The notes under the pieces: generated by a model
Told to the model about the DNA's origin: nothing
The model's database searches: none
Seen by the model: the letters and a program-made list of their open reading frames with translations, nothing else
Position numbers and translations under genes: made by a program
In this document: piece after piece, positions 63,951 through 64,000 of the stretch
How the letters are laid out: every line of letters starts with the position of its first letter
Numbering within the stretch: the first letter of the stretch is position 1
Assembly (NCBI RefSeq): GCF_023055435.1
Contig: NW_025963779.1
Location: 52,576,001 to 52,640,000, forward strand
Direction of reading: 5' to 3'
DNA length: 64,000 nucleotides
Source of the DNA: Haliotis rufescens
Lineage: Eukaryota

Positions 63951-64000
63951 ATGCCACGCCTCTCCGAAAATGAGCGTCTGCGAGCCATTGGTATGCTTGA
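63951..64000 (+). mobile_element. Start of a third Tc1 transposase, truncated by the window end
   Basis: MPRLSENERLRAIGML aligns with MPRLTAAQRHEAIGMI of the 9586 transposase. Confidence 0.65.

Overview
Eukaryotic, intron-rich animal DNA. The SINE and repeat repertoire looks molluscan, possibly a gastropod such as abalone (inference). The main content is a head-to-tail, minus-strand cluster of three paralogous genes that the ORF track shows only as fragments. Splicing by hand on GT-AG sites with matching phases gives two complete 10-coding-exon genes (39685->28686, 704 aa; 24400->12885, 655 aa) and the first coding exon of a third (1179->511, running off the window). Each starts with an N-myristoylation motif. 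The two complete genes continue into a divergent helical/ARM-repeat region, a TIR domain keeping the CxxE glutamate typical of NADase TIRs, and a C-terminal SAM-like domain. This is a SARM1-like parts list in a different order (ARM-TIR-SAM). The rest is two TIR-bounded Tc1 (DD34E-type) transposons, the start of a third, a LINE RNase H relic, at least four SINE-like families (several with target-site duplications or nested insertions), palindromic elements and many tandem repeats. The long repetitive ORFs are minisatellite artefacts.
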